Source of the DNA: Raja brachyura
Lineage: Eukaryota
DNA length: 64,000 nucleotides
Assembly (NCBI GenBank): GCA_963514005.1
Contig: OY740787.1
Coordinates: 69,440,001-69,504,000 of the forward strand
Direction: 5' to 3'
The first letter of the stretch is position 1. Each line of letters begins with the position of its first letter. Below are positions 38,428-51,594 of the stretch, in pieces. Under the pieces are notes generated by a model. The model was not told the origin of the DNA, ran no database searches, and was given only the letters and a program-made list of their open reading frames with translations. The translations under genes and the position numbers were made by a program.

Positions 38428-41387
38428 ATGCTATTCGATAAGGGTGTCAAGACCCTGTCATTTCAAAATAGCGAGATGCAAAAAACAACTTATTATGACA
38501 ACTCTGGAATATTTAGTGGTTACTCTTACCAAAAATCAAATACATACAACTACAGCTCTGGTCATCAAACCTACCCACCACCATCGGTTGATAATGATTA
38601 TCAGAACTCAACATGCCCAGTTCAGACAGCCAGTGCCAGAGCCCCAGCCCATAAGACCACTGATATCAATGGCAGTTGTATGAGAACAAGTAGCAATCAA
38701 GGCACTGCCCAAATTCCAAGCATTAGTGAGCCACAACAACCACCTCCTTTGCCACCCTCGCCAAATGGAAGCAACACTGCGACTCAGAAAAGAACCAAGT
38801 CCATTCCAAATTCTTCCAGCGGTCCGCCTGCTACCCTGACCAAGCAAATCTTCCCATGGATGAAAGAATCTCGTCAAAATACCAAGCAGAAAAACAACTG
38901 CACAGTTGCAGGTATCTTTCAGCAGTTTGTGCTTTTCTCAGCTCTAATCTGCATGAAGCTTCTTAAAAATGGGGATGTTTGTCAAAGAATGTCACACATG
39001 GGTGGGAGTAGCTTGCCAAAAATGTCACATGGAGGTGAGAGCATTTTCCTTCCATGTTGCAAGCAATTGTTGAAAAGGGTAAAAGAATCATCCAGTTTTT
39101 TAATCAACATTGTACATATTTTTTGTATTTAGTAATCTATTTCTTTCAGTAAGGAGGGCCCCAAACTAAGATTCAGTTGAATAAATAGCATATGCTGATA
39201 TAATTAACTGAGAATGTAGATTGGCAGGAACTTACAAGAACATGTAAATGTTCCTGTTTTGTTGTCAAACATTGCATGGTGACATTCTACTTTGTGCAAT
39301 GCTTGGAAATGACTCAAATAATTCCTCTAACAAAATATATAAATGGAAGGATGTAACTTTTATTAGTTTTATATCTCCATCAATTTGAACAAATGTTAAC
39401 ATCTTACACTTACACTGATTCAGAATGGCTGAAAATTCAGAAGGTTGAAAGCATTTGACCTAGCCAGAGTTAAATATATGCTTGCACTGGAAAACATAGT
39501 TCTTGTCCAAATTAAATTCTAAAGAGAAGCCTCATTTGGTATCACTGTGCTTTAAGTGACAATAATTATATATGGTTTGATATATAGAATAAAATAAAAT
39601 ACACATCTAGACTACTGGTCATTGCATCATTGCATCATACTTGCAATTGCAACTAACTTTTACTAACCAAACTATCCATAAAAAGGACCTTTCATTTCTC
39701 TACATATTATTTTCTTTGGAGTGGATTAATGAGTTAACCCCAGTTTTCTGAAGAAGGGTCTCGACCCATTCCTTCTCTCCAGAGTTGCTGCATGTCCCGC
39801 TGAGTTACACCAGCTTTTTGTGTCTATTTTCAGACGGAATATATGCAAGCTGGAACAATATGGTAGCCTTATTCAGCAATATTCATGGTATTTTCTTAAG
39901 TGGCTATTCTCATAAAGATTAATTCTTGTGAAAGTCAAATTTTGAGATTTTAATGACATTGCTGGCAGAATCTCCCAAAATTGCATTTGGAATTTGGTGC
40001 AAATATTAATGAAGTTGAACAATTTGCATTTATAGAATGCACTCTGCACTGGGCCCAAGATAGTCCAAAGTTATTCACACTTATGGAATACTGTAGGACT
40101 GTTGCAATTTACTATATTTATAATGTGAGGTCATTATTATACTTCTAGATAGTCTACTCTGGCAAAATGAAGTAGTTTAGAGGAGAAAAGACAAGTTTTA
40201 TTCTGAATATATTAGTTTTAAGTTGGAATAACTATATTGCAGAACTTATCGTTTAATTTACTTTAGTTTAGTTTAGTTTATTATTGCTACCTGTACAAAG
40301 GTACAATACCTGTTTTTTCCCCCTGACCATATTAGTTTCAAGTTAGAGCAACTATGTTGCAGAGTTCTTAGTTTAGTTTACTTTACATTACTTTATTTTG
40401 CTTTAGTTTAATTGACTTTATTATTGCCACGTGTACCAAGGTACAGTGGAAAGCTTTTATGTTGCGTGCTACCAAGTCAATGAAAACCTCTATGTGATTA
40501 CAATCGAGCCAACCACAGTGTACAGATAGAGGATAAAGGATATATCATTTAGTGCACGATAAATTCCAATAAAGTTCTCTATGGAAAATGCATGTATGTA
40601 TATTTATGTACAGTTATTAATATATTTTCATCCTGTAGGAGACAATTGTGAGGATAAAAGCCCACCGGGTCCAGCTTCCAAGAGAGTCCGCACTGCCTAC
40701 ACCAGTGCACAATTGGTTGAACTGGAAAAGGAGTTTCATTTTAATCGTTACTTGTGTCGCCCTCGCCGAGTTGAAATGGCAAATTTATTAAATCTAACTG
40801 AACGTCAGATAAAGATTTGGTTCCAGAACCGAAGAATGAAGTACAAAAAAGATCAAAAGGCCAAAGGGATCATGCACTCACCCATTGGACAGTCTCCAGA
40901 CAGAAGTCCTCTTTTAAATGCTCCAAATAATATTGGATTCTCAAACCAGCTCACCACTGTCAACAGTTTAAATTATGAAACTCATTCTCCAACATCATTC
41001 ACCAAATCTCAGCAAAATATGTATGGCTTGGCTGCTTACACAGCACCTCTCAATAGCTGCTTACCACAGCAGAAAAGGTACCCAGGCACAGAGTATGACC
41101 ATCATACTATACAGGGCAATGGTAGCTTTGCCAACCATAATTTGCAAGGCAGCCCTGTGTATGTAGGAGGAAACTTTGTTGATTCAATGCCAGCTTCTGG
41201 GCCAATGTTCAACCTTAGCCATCTTCCTCATCCTTCATCAGCCACTGTGGACTATAACTGCGCTGCTCAAATAGCAGGCAATCACCACCATGGACCATGC
41301 GATCCTCATCCCACTTACACGGATCTGACTACTCATCACACAGCTCAGGGAAGAATTCAAGAAGCACCCAAATTAACGCATCTGTAA
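38428..41387 (+). CDS. hoxd3: Homeobox protein Hox-D3; exon 38428-38911 (alternative ATG 38476), exon 40639-41387, about 410 aa
   Basis: [27 protein letters not shown] (HoxD3-type 16-aa extension), [13 protein letters not shown] hexapeptide, [67 protein letters not shown], and C-terminal [13 protein letters not shown]. The 1233 nt spliced CDS is in frame. Confidence 0.96.
39746..39833 (+). mobile_element. Penelope-type terminal-repeat fragment in the HoxD3 intron, with a 12-nt deletion in the hammerhead core
   Basis: Aligns by eye to the copy at 59841-59936 (CTGAAGAAGGGTC..GACCC..ATTCCTTCTCTCCAGAG..TGTGTCTAT) but lacks GAAACGTCACCC. Confidence 0.75.
40250..40570 (-). mobile_element. 3' end of a LINE-like retroelement with (TAAAC)n tail, partly duplicated
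   Basis: (GTTTA)n followed by TTTATTATTGCCACGTGTACCAAGGTACAGTG...GATTACAATCGAGCC. A related TTTATTGCCATATGTACCTCGGTGCAGTGAAA occurs at about 58542. The family assignment is from memory only. Confidence 0.55.
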
Positions 41388-44239
41388 CGGACTAGTACGG
41401 TCTGCCAAGCGATGGTACTTCGCTTTTTTATTACCTCATTTGTATCAGATATTCTCCTGCTATGAGACTGCCACAGTATTTGTCAATCATTCATTTTCTA
41501 TCCACCACCTTGCTTTTCTGTGTTTATTTAAGGGTCTACACATCAGCCATCCCTTTCAATAAGATCCTAGCATAATACAGAATGCAAATAGAGGAACAAT
41601 TGCTTGAAATAGGTGCTTTTGAAGGTAAGACATACAAAGTCAGTCTTCAGCAAACCCTTCTTAATGTGAATTTTAAAGACTGGTATTCTATACAGTCCAC
41701 TTTGGTGGTATTTTGTCTGTAACTGGTCTTATTGCCCTGAACCTCAGCTATGTACTTTTCAGTAATGAACAAACTACATTCAACGTCATCAATATGTATT
41801 TATTATTTAAAGTCAATATCAAAAAAAAAGATTTTTCTATACTTATTTATCCTTGACTTAATGTATTTATGTGAAATTTATAGAGCTTATACAATCTGAC
41901 TTTGACCTGTTTGATTCATGTCTGTTACAATCATATTTCTCCTCTTTAGTAAACCTGGGTTAAAACTAGATGAGAGGATAGTTTCTTGAGCAGTTGTATC
42001 AGTGGCTGGTGTTTGTAGATTATGTAAGGATTATCTCTGAAAGCAAATTGTGAGTTATGACTGTAGTAATCAGAGAAAATGTGACACTACAGGATAGACA
42101 ACACATTTCTATAAGAATACTTTATTTCAATTGTCTGGTACTATTTCAACAGATATTTAGAATAAAACGGTGTTCTTTGAACAAACATGTAGCCCTCATT
42201 TATGATTGCACTACACCACCTTTGTGCCTCGCCATCTTGTCTCCGTACTTCCCAATCACACACCACAAGCGGGCTACAGTCAAAGGTTGGGATCTGAGCT
42301 GTTTGTGCCGTGCTGCTTTCCCTGTGCTTTTGGGATTAAAAAAACATGCTAACATGTTCAAATGCGACATCATGGGCAAATGTGACTTTTTGTTTCACTC
42401 AGAAATGTAATGTTGCTGCATTCAAAAGAAACGTTAAGAGACGGACACAGAAAATACAACGTGGACATAGAAATAATGGAAGAAAGGAGGAGAAAATGTG
42501 ACAAAACATCAGTAGAATGTAACTAGAGCGAAAAATAATATCCTTAATGGTATCTTGATGAAGCCTGTCTATTATCCCTTGTTTTACTTTTCCTAAATAT
42601 CAAACATTTGTGCCACATTAAATATTTCCATTGATATAGATTTAAAGATAAAGTTAATTTCACTGCAATTCAAGTATACCTCGCATTTTCACAGAATGAA
42701 TGTACAGAATGTGACTGCGTTAGGGAGGCGGCGGTGGTTGTCTGCAACGTCCGATGCTGCCCGGGTCTGTTGGCCCAGTGCTGAGCTGGGCAGCGAGTGC
42801 CGGCGGGAGCCGTGGGAGCTCCCGGCCGCTGAATGCTGTCTCTGTCCACACCAGTCACCCGCAACCCCAACCCATGTACGGCCATCTTGTTCACAAGCTC
42901 AGCGGGGCCGTTGTAATCCCTCCAGCAACAAAGATATCCCCCAGGCAGTGAAAAAGTGCACGTCCCTATTTTAAGGTGCAAATAAACTGTTTACCTTCCA
43001 GCTATGAAATCGTCAGCGCTTTGGGGAATGACAGCAAACTAACAATCTTGTGTGGAATATTGCAATAAAGCCAGTACAGGACTTTAAATCCTCTTTTAAT
43101 TTAATTTACCTCGTTTAATTTCTTTCATTATAAAACGTCTAATGACAAAGCTAATGCTGGATGTGGGTACAATGCAGATTGTAATGCACAACAAACAGCT
43201 CCTCGGCGGCTGTTGGTCATCATTAACGCCAACGCTGGAAAGGGATCCTTCAGCCTTGTTTTCTTATTAAGCCACCCACACGTCAAAAAATGCCAAATGT
43301 TGTCTTTCTAGCAGAAGGGAGTAAAGTCACCCACTCACTCCACTTATTCCCGAAAGCCGATACGAATTCACTGGAATAACACACATAAATGTAATGTTGC
43401 ATTTCGACTGATTTTTGGAGCCTGAAATATTATGTGAATGTGAGTGGGGAAAAAATAACAAATATTGTGCTTACTAATTTGCCAATAATGTATTGCAGAA
43501 TACGCAGCCTGGGGGTTGAAGTGGCAAATAATTTACAAATATTGTTACAAAATGTGGAAAGCTAGTAAATCGCGACAGCTGTATTCAGAGAGAGAGTCTC
43601 CGAGATATTACTTCAAGAAGATTTAAAGAAATGGCTTGTGGGTGTTTATGAATGCAACAAATAACAAATGAACGGAAGTTGTTTGTAAACATGGTGCGCT
43701 GCTCCAGATGGGTAAATTGAATGGTGCTTGTTGAGACTGTGCAGACACAGAATAAATGGCACGATTAAAACAATTTCTAATGGCCCAAAGGGGAAAATAA
43801 AAGTAAAGCTAGAACTGTTTACCATGCTAGTTTATATTCATGGTAAAATCCAGAGTGTGTCTGAAAGTAATTCTCCTGTTTGCCTTTGCCAACTCCAACT
43901 GTCCAGGGTCCTGCTTTGACCACAGATTCTGTCCATTATTCTATAAGGAAGAGTCTTGCGATCTTTGTCAGAGCTCGGAAGATTAATTGATTTGTCGTTT
44001 ATTACTCGACTCCATACATTTGCTGGCAGGACTCCTCAAATGTTCCTTTCTGTTCCATGAAATAGCCACTCACCAAGAGAAGAATATTTTGTAGTCCCTA
44101 CATTTCTTACTTGATAAAACCGCTTCTTCAATGCCCAACCCGACATGCTATGACCTATAAACGGCAGAGGAAATGTTACCTACACCTTCATGTACTTTAT
44201 TTCAGAATCGTTCAGAAAGCCGATCTTATTTTCCACTCT

Positions 44240-44270
44240 TGCCATTGGTTCAGGCGATCATGTGACGATA
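44240..44270 (+). promoter_or_regulatory. HoxD2 proximal promoter CCAAT/E-box module
   Basis: GCCATTGG-N9-TCATGTGAC about 170-190 nt upstream of the ATG. Confidence 0.65.
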
Positions 44271-44432
44271 AAATCAGCCTCATCTCAACGTCGAGACCGT
44301 CTATTCAATAGACATAGTTTAATAATAGCACACTCCCTTAGCGTTTGCAATCAGTATATTTTATAAATATACATTTGTTTTCCAAAATAATTATCAAATA
44401 AGCAATTTTCCACCGATTCTCCCCGAGCAGAA

Positions 44433-45881
44433 ATGAACAGCGAATTTGAGCGAGAGGTTGGTTTTATCAATAGTGAGCCATCGCTTGCCGAGTGCCTGCC
44501 ATCCTTGCCTCCTGTAAGCGAGACATTTCAAAGTTCATCAATCAAGAACTCGACGCTTTCACATTCGACACTGATTCCTCCTCCTTTTGAGAACAGCTTC
44601 TGCAGCTTGGACCCTGGTAACACACACCAAAATGGGAAAACCCACACTTCAAAAGGCATTGGTCGGTCCACGTTAAGGGACAAACCTCTGGAATACCCGT
44701 GGATGAGAGAGAAGAAAAACCACAAGAAAAAAACTATCCCCGCGCCAGGATCAGTTTCGTCTTGTTCTTCCAATGAAGGTCGGGTCAATAATATTTACTT
44801 GTATTTTAGTTTTAATTTGGCGTTCAGAGGTAGTGGTTATTTTCAAATTAAAGGTCAATTCTGAAGCAGAAACAAAGGTTTAATTGTCTGAAAGGTGTCA
44901 CGCCTATAAAATGCTCACCCCTTCTCTTAACAGGATTCAGAAAGTAAAGCTCTTTTGATCTTGTGTGCTTACCAATAGCTGGACTATACTACAGGAGAGC
45001 ATCCGTATTATCTATCTATTGCTTTGCTTGGGCCATTAATGAAAACATTCGGTGTCACGGAGACGGCCATTTTATGTTGCTGGATTATTTGGTTTAAAAT
45101 TGAGATGATTTATCGAAACTTTTCTTTATTTGTTACAGAAAACGAAGAGCTTAATGAGCCGGATAACGGGAGTCCTTATGACAGCTCCAGGAGACTACGA
45201 ACCACTTACACTAACAATCAGCTGTTGGAGCTTGAGAAGGAATTTCATTACAACAAATACCTTTGTAGACCACGGAGGGTAGAAATCGCAGCTCTCCTCG
45301 ATTTAACAGAAAGGCAAGTCAAAGTCTGGTTTCAGAACAGACGCATGAAACACAAGAGGCAAACTCGATTCAAACAAAGCCAAAATGCCGAATCAAAGCG
45401 CCACATTGCCAACAATGTTAATCAGAGTGGATTTTCCACGAGAAGTTTTGAGGCACCTATAAATAAAATTTTGAGTTCATTATACAGTGAAAGCACTACA
45501 AAGCAAGATATATGTGGTCTTACACATAAAGATACATTGAGCGACATCAGCAGAGATCTGCTCAGTCTTGGTACCTCTCTGATCCCCACTGAGGGATCGG
45601 AGAGCCATCCTTTCCCTCAGAGTTCAGATGAAACCGACTGCCTGCTACCTATACTGAAGAACTGCTCAGCTGGAACAAGCCCCAGTAGTCCGGAGAGCTT
45701 CAGTATCCCATCTCTGGAGGACTTAGACAAAATTACAATCGAACCCCGTCTAGATCTGCTGGAAGATTTACCTCATATGTCTTTGTTGGAAAACGAAGAC
45801 ACGCTGGCTATTCCGTCCAATGTGTTTGACTTTTTAAGTGACAGTTTTAGTTCCACTGATTTGCAGCAATTGCAGTTTTAG
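44433..45881 (+). CDS. hoxd2: Homeobox protein Hox-D2; exon 1 44433-44778, exon 2 45139-45881, 362 aa
   Basis: PG2 N-terminus [22 protein letters not shown]...[31 protein letters not shown] hexapeptide, [61 protein letters not shown]-terminal DLQQLQF. The 1089 nt spliced CDS is in frame. Confidence 0.93.
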
Positions 45882-48800
45882 TTCGAATTCCAACATATCC
45901 ATACACACTCTGCTGAGATACTCTAACGTGTGCTATCTCCAGCAGCTACGAATTAATTGGAAAGTCGTGTCATTTAGTGCAATCGTCTTGGTCCGAGGCA
46001 TAATCAACTATGGACCTCAGTTCATACCAGCATTATGACATGAATGAAAACAATGAGTTCAGAGAAAATTGAATGAAGTGCAAGAAATAAAATTATTTTC
46101 AATATTTTATTTTGAATAGTATAAATATGTCGAGCATTGCAGATTTTCCTAAACTAATTACGTTCTTAAATAACAGATTATATATTAGCTTTGTATTTAA
46201 AAAAAATCAACATAACAATATGCAAGCAAGGATAAAATATAACAGTTGATTGTGTCCATTCTGCCTCTGCCGATCACATTCAGCCCCATAGATGATCTGT
46301 GTCAGTCCAAACTCTAAATCAGCCACATTCCTGGAAAAAATAAAATAAAAAATCAACCAACAAGCAAACAAAAATAGCAATAATTGTGTTCTGGATGAAT
46401 CAAAACTCACTATTTATGATAAAACTACTGTTCTTTATAACAGAAAGATTGGTTGTTATAGAAACTGCATTAATTATAAATCATGGGAGCTCCTTTCAGG
46501 CTTATGGATCTCAACAATAAAAAAAATCAGGTTTTATAAACCACTAAAGGATCAATTTTTCAAGCTGCATTGTGGATCTTTATTCATAATTAAATATCAA
46601 AGATGTTTCTTATGATTTTAATACCTGAAAGGCTAGAAAGATCCTCTTCATTCGCATGAAGATGTATGTAATTTTCAATTATAAAACTACCCGGTTATTA
46701 GATTGTTGTTCCTGAAGAAAACTCTTAGCAATCCCAAGCGATACCAAGGAAAGGCGCCATTTTGTAAAACTAAGAATTTAGCAGCTGTATAGTCATATAT
46801 GAGTACCCACTGACAAGAGGTGGTAGAACAAAAGGTTCATATATAACTCAATTTCCAGCTTCCAACCAGGGTACCTCCGAAGAAATGCGTGACATTTGGA
46901 ATTATAAACCAAATATGAATAAATTTCCAGCGCTGAATAACAAATCAAATGTATTACATAGTGTATTACAAATGAATGACATAGCAAATCAAAATTGTAT
47001 TTCAAGTGGACATAATTTCTTTGGCTTCCACAATTTGAGGTCGGATTAGCCTATTACGAGTGATATTTGTATTTCTAAATCTTGTGCATTACTTCGAGGA
47101 AAACAATCTTCGCGCTATATCTAGAGTCTAAAGTTTAAAAAAAAGAATGGTAAAGATCTAATTGTAACAAGTTTTTTAAAAACTCCATGTAAAAGTAATG
47201 TTGATATGACCGCCCCCCCCCCCCCCCCCCTGCAGTTTTATTGTTAAAACCTTGATTTTTAAAATCTTATATTCTCGAAAAAAAATTACCCCAGCTATTT
47301 ATCAATTTTCACGACTCCATGAAATTTATTGCGCTTGATGGTGGCTGAAAATAATGTAAAGGGAAATAAAATGCATCACAGTCTAAGCCAGAAATTCACC
47401 AGTTATTTCGAAGAAAAGATGCAAATCGTTTCCTGTTTCTGAAGATGAACACGTGTGCTGTATAAAAAGTCCACCTTAGGCGTTCAGCAGACAAAGAATA
47501 ACATTTTACTTAGGTAGAAAAATGCAGTTTTAAAATATTTAACACGCCCACACACATTTTTATTAGTAACCACTGCTGATTGTGCCAGAATTGCGCGTCG
47601 GAACGCCCACTAGGCACATTTGTAATGTCCAATAAATATTTATTTTTCAAAAATCCTTTAATGTCTTTTTTTAACGAGAAAAAACGACCTGTGAGCAGCC
47701 AAATCATATGAATCTATTTGTTTTATATATTAGGCAAGATCACGCTTTTATTACAAAACGCTCCAGGAAAAGTCCTTTCCATTTAACGATTAACTGCCAA
47801 AAAGTGGCAAATATTGTTTTAATTTATTTAATGTCATTATTTACTTGAAAGAAGCATTTAATTAATTGCTCACTTGGTTCCATCAGAAACGATATATTCA
47901 AAAGAAGTTATTAATCCTCTTTAACTTCCCTTGCAAATATATCACAGCAAAAATAGTAAACCCTTTTCAGCATATTTAATTGTAATGTGTTTATTCCATC
48001 TGCATTAAACGCTGATGAAATTAGCAATAAACTCACTTAGTTCCTTCCCCAAGTCAAACGTTGTGCTTTGGTTCCAGTGCACACAAATCACTCCGTCCAG
48101 CTTGTTCACAGAAACAAGTGGCTCATTGGGTTATGAAGATTTTACCGCTCTATTTAGTGAAAAACAACAAATGCTTCCCAAAAATATTAAACTCCCACTC
48201 AGAAAAAAAATTGAGTAGGTTGTTTAGTGTTCTTGGCAATAAACAGCAGCTCTCCAGGAACCCTTAAGCAAACGGTCACGTGACAGCAAAATCAGTCATC
48301 ATATTTCATGTTTATATTGACAAGTAGCTGGTATATTTACAACCACTGTTTCCGTTTATTTTACAAACGTGATGGCTATAAAAGCGCAATTGCAAATGAA
48401 AAGGAAGGCTAATTTTGGAATTTGAAACAAGGTACTAGCAAATAAGGAGTTCTGCTGAAAGACTCGCAGCTAACTCTGGATGCAAGGCTGTCAGTGGGGC
48501 ATTGTTAAGAGTTCATCAATCATGAAATCTGCACTTTTCCCTCGACAGCAGTTCCTCCTACTTTAAAGCAAGCCAAGGCCAGCTGGGATCCCTCCAGCAA
48601 CCGCTGCCAAAGCGGACAAATGCGAAAACGAATAACACACCAGTCTAATCACACTACAGACGAAACCTTCCGTGCGGCTAGTCTTCGGCAAACCTGGATC
48701 CCAAGTTACTGCTCGTTAAAGAGGGTAAAGCATTTCAAGGACACCAATAATACTGATTTGGATGCGAAAGCTATGTGTGCTTAAATTATTTTCATGTATG

Positions 48801-49058
48801 ACTGCTTTGGTGGTATTGGGTCATTTGCATTAACCTCTTAAAATGTGGCACTAATAGATGTAGATTGAAGGAATCCCTAATGTATAAAACCCCACTATAT
48901 TTTATTTACAACCTTGCGTTTCCTCTTGTCGATTCACAGTACAGTTAATGGAAAACTAGTATAATTGTTATTACTGACGGGGGTTGAAAGAAAATCCAGA
49001 TTTCTATTTTTGGTGCTGAATAAAGGAACTTAGCTTGGAAAAATAGAATGCATGACTT

Positions 49059-49177
49059 GATTCTTGATTAGTACGGGTGTCAGGGGTTGGGGGGGGGGGT
49101 AGATCTGATGGACCGAATTGATGGGACATGATGGGCCGAATGGCCTAATTCTGCTCCGAGAACTTATGAACTTATGA
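49059..49177 (+). mobile_element. CR1-type LINE 3' end fragment
   Basis: GATTCTTGATTAGTACGGGTGTCAGGGGTT...GATGGGCCGAATGGCCTAATTCTGCTCC plus an 8-bp tandem tail (AACTTATG)2, typical of CR1 3' termini. Confidence 0.7.
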
Positions 49178-50455
49178 CTTCAATCGCCTCGAACGATAAA
49201 GTGAAAGCTAAACTAGTTCAGGGACAGTCCTGGGATTCTTGATGAGTTACAAAAGCAAAGCAACTCACCCCCGAATGGTTGTTTCCAAACTGATCCTTTC
49301 ATCTCCAGATGTCGAAATGGCCCACATCCTTCCCCCTTCCCCTCCCCCACCCTCACTCCAACTCCGCCCCATGTGATTACAGCATTAAGATGGAGACTAG
49401 CCTCCGACGTATCCAAGATTTTATTGGAAAGCGTGGGAAAATTTTGACATGGTTAGTTTATTTCACAAACCCCTAACCAACTCAGAGCAATCTGCACCAG
49501 GAGAACTTTTATCTCCAAATGGTTGGTTAAATACTGCTGAAAAGTCACATCCACTGTGTTAGTTGTTTTAACTGCCTTGTATCAAGTGAAGCAATATGAT
49601 TAACCAGCGTCATATGAAAAAGTGCGCCATTCTTTGAATCTAGATTCAGACTTTAATTTGGGTATAGTCCCACATAATTTAATGGAGTGAACACAACCTG
49701 AGATTCAAAAAAATAACTGTATCATCCACTTCGGATATGTCACGTATGCATGGTTCAGTTATTTTCACCTAATACTGTCCAAATAAAAGGATCTGTTTCA
49801 GGATTTATTTCAACTACTTGTGGGAGAGATCATAGACAGGGGTTGATAGTATTACAAGCAAGACTAGTTGCCTATGTATTTAAGCAACTAAGCACGTGGG
49901 TCTGATACTGCCCCTTCATTAAAGAAAATGTAAAGTTGCGATTAAATTAAATAAATATTGAAAGATTTCCTACTCATTCAAATAATCAATCAAAACGTTT
50001 TGGCAGACTTGCGTGCAGCGGTTAAAAGAAAACAACATCACAAAACGTTCAACATTATTTGGATGTGGAATGCATAGGTTTTTGAAGCTTTGGGAATCGG
50101 AGTTTACGTTTTGCATTTGCAAATCACACTATTGTCGGTAAGATAAACGATTCGGAGCTGTGCAATGTTAAATTATGCAAAAGGTGTTCCGAAGTGAGCG
50201 TCTTTATATCGCTGGCTGCTAAACATACAGACGTGTACTAATACTTTGATATCAGCACAAATGAATAGGCACTTGCTGTGGATCCCGATTCCATGCATTT
50301 GTAAAGTTGCACTTCAAAGAACAATCTAAATATATCGATATAAAGAAAATGATCGTGATTTCACCGTAGATATAATTCCGTATAACAACAATATGGAAAG
50401 GGAGTATTTTAATATATCATTTAAACATGGAACACTGTGTTTATGTAACTTATCT

Positions 50456-50546
50456 GTGACTATACTTCAAAAGTATTTCACTGGCGTTGAGACATTTAGG
50501 GGCGTCCTGAATGGGACATGAAAGGCGCTATATAAATGCAAGTCTT
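50456..50546 (+). mobile_element. Ancient DeuSINE-like (SacSINE1/AmnSINE-type) 3' fragment
   Basis: GTGACTATACTTCAAAAGTATTTCACTGGC...CGTCCTGA...TGAAAGGCGCTATATAAATGCAAGTCTT resembles the recalled L2-derived tail of shark DeuSINEs. Confidence 0.6.
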
Positions 50547-51594
50547 CAAAACATTGTTATGATGTTTTTCTTTTTTTAAAGTTCGGAATGCTGCGTATAT
50601 CTTTCACAAAACACGGAAGAGGCATGTTAGCAAAAGACAAATGTGATGTGAATGAGAATGCGCATATGCTGAATTGTGTATGCAGGAATTTAGTCATTTG
50701 CAAATCCGTGGGAACTATGCTTTCAAAGCTCTCAAACTCACTTCCCTCTGAATTATGCATAACAGTTTTTTAAAAGATATGGCCGCAACGTGGACTGGAA
50801 AAGCTTTTCCACGCCGAACCTTTTAAGGCAAAAGCGCAAAATAGCAATGGGAAACTTTATTACTACTCTGGCCCTCAGCAACATCCGATTGCGAGGGCAC
50901 ACGAGAGCAGAATGTAAGGGAATGACTCGGATGGCCGACTTTGAACATTTAGGCAGAGGGATTACAATTCACTTGTAGATCGGTAGGTAGAGACAAGAAA
51001 CATAGCAGAAATACGGACGCAGGGCAAACACGCTGCAAAGAGTTATTTTAAATTCAGAACCCTTTATATCGATCATACATTCACACTCTTTTTATACGAT
51101 TAAAGACGTTTCTTTCAAACAAAAACAATTGTATCCATTAACACAAACAGGCTTCAGACACTGTGCCAACAAGCTGGCGAAATGAATGAGAATGCATACT
51201 GCCCCTGGCGATTAAAAAGAACAATTGCCAGAGAGTGCTTTGCCAGGTCAAAGGCTTCTACTCTGTTTCTACCACGGAAATGTCCCAGGACAGAATTATA
51301 TGTGCACACATTTGCCAAATGAATCACAATATTAAATCGATTTCTCTGAACAAATGTAATTACTTAAATGTGCAGTCGGGAAAACATTATATTTTTGTTT
51401 TTAAAACTTTACAATCTAAAAAGTGAATATGATCATCATCATCATAATATCATCTAAATATGAATCTATTTGTTTAAATTCATATTTATCATTATTTAAA
51501 TAAATAATCGTTGTATCACAAAACGCTATATGCAGCAGGTGGAGATAGCAGAGTGTAAGAATTCAGATTCAGCAACGGGTCGTACCTCTTTGAG

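Noticed and set aside
41388-42500. miR-10 seed sites (ACAGGGT) in anterior Hox 3'UTRs
   Set aside because: None spotted by eye in the D3 or D1 3' regions. An exhaustive scan was not possible.
51197-51212. CTCF-like TCGCCAGGGGCAGT on the minus strand
   Set aside because: One G short of the core spacing, so not supportable without a PWM score.
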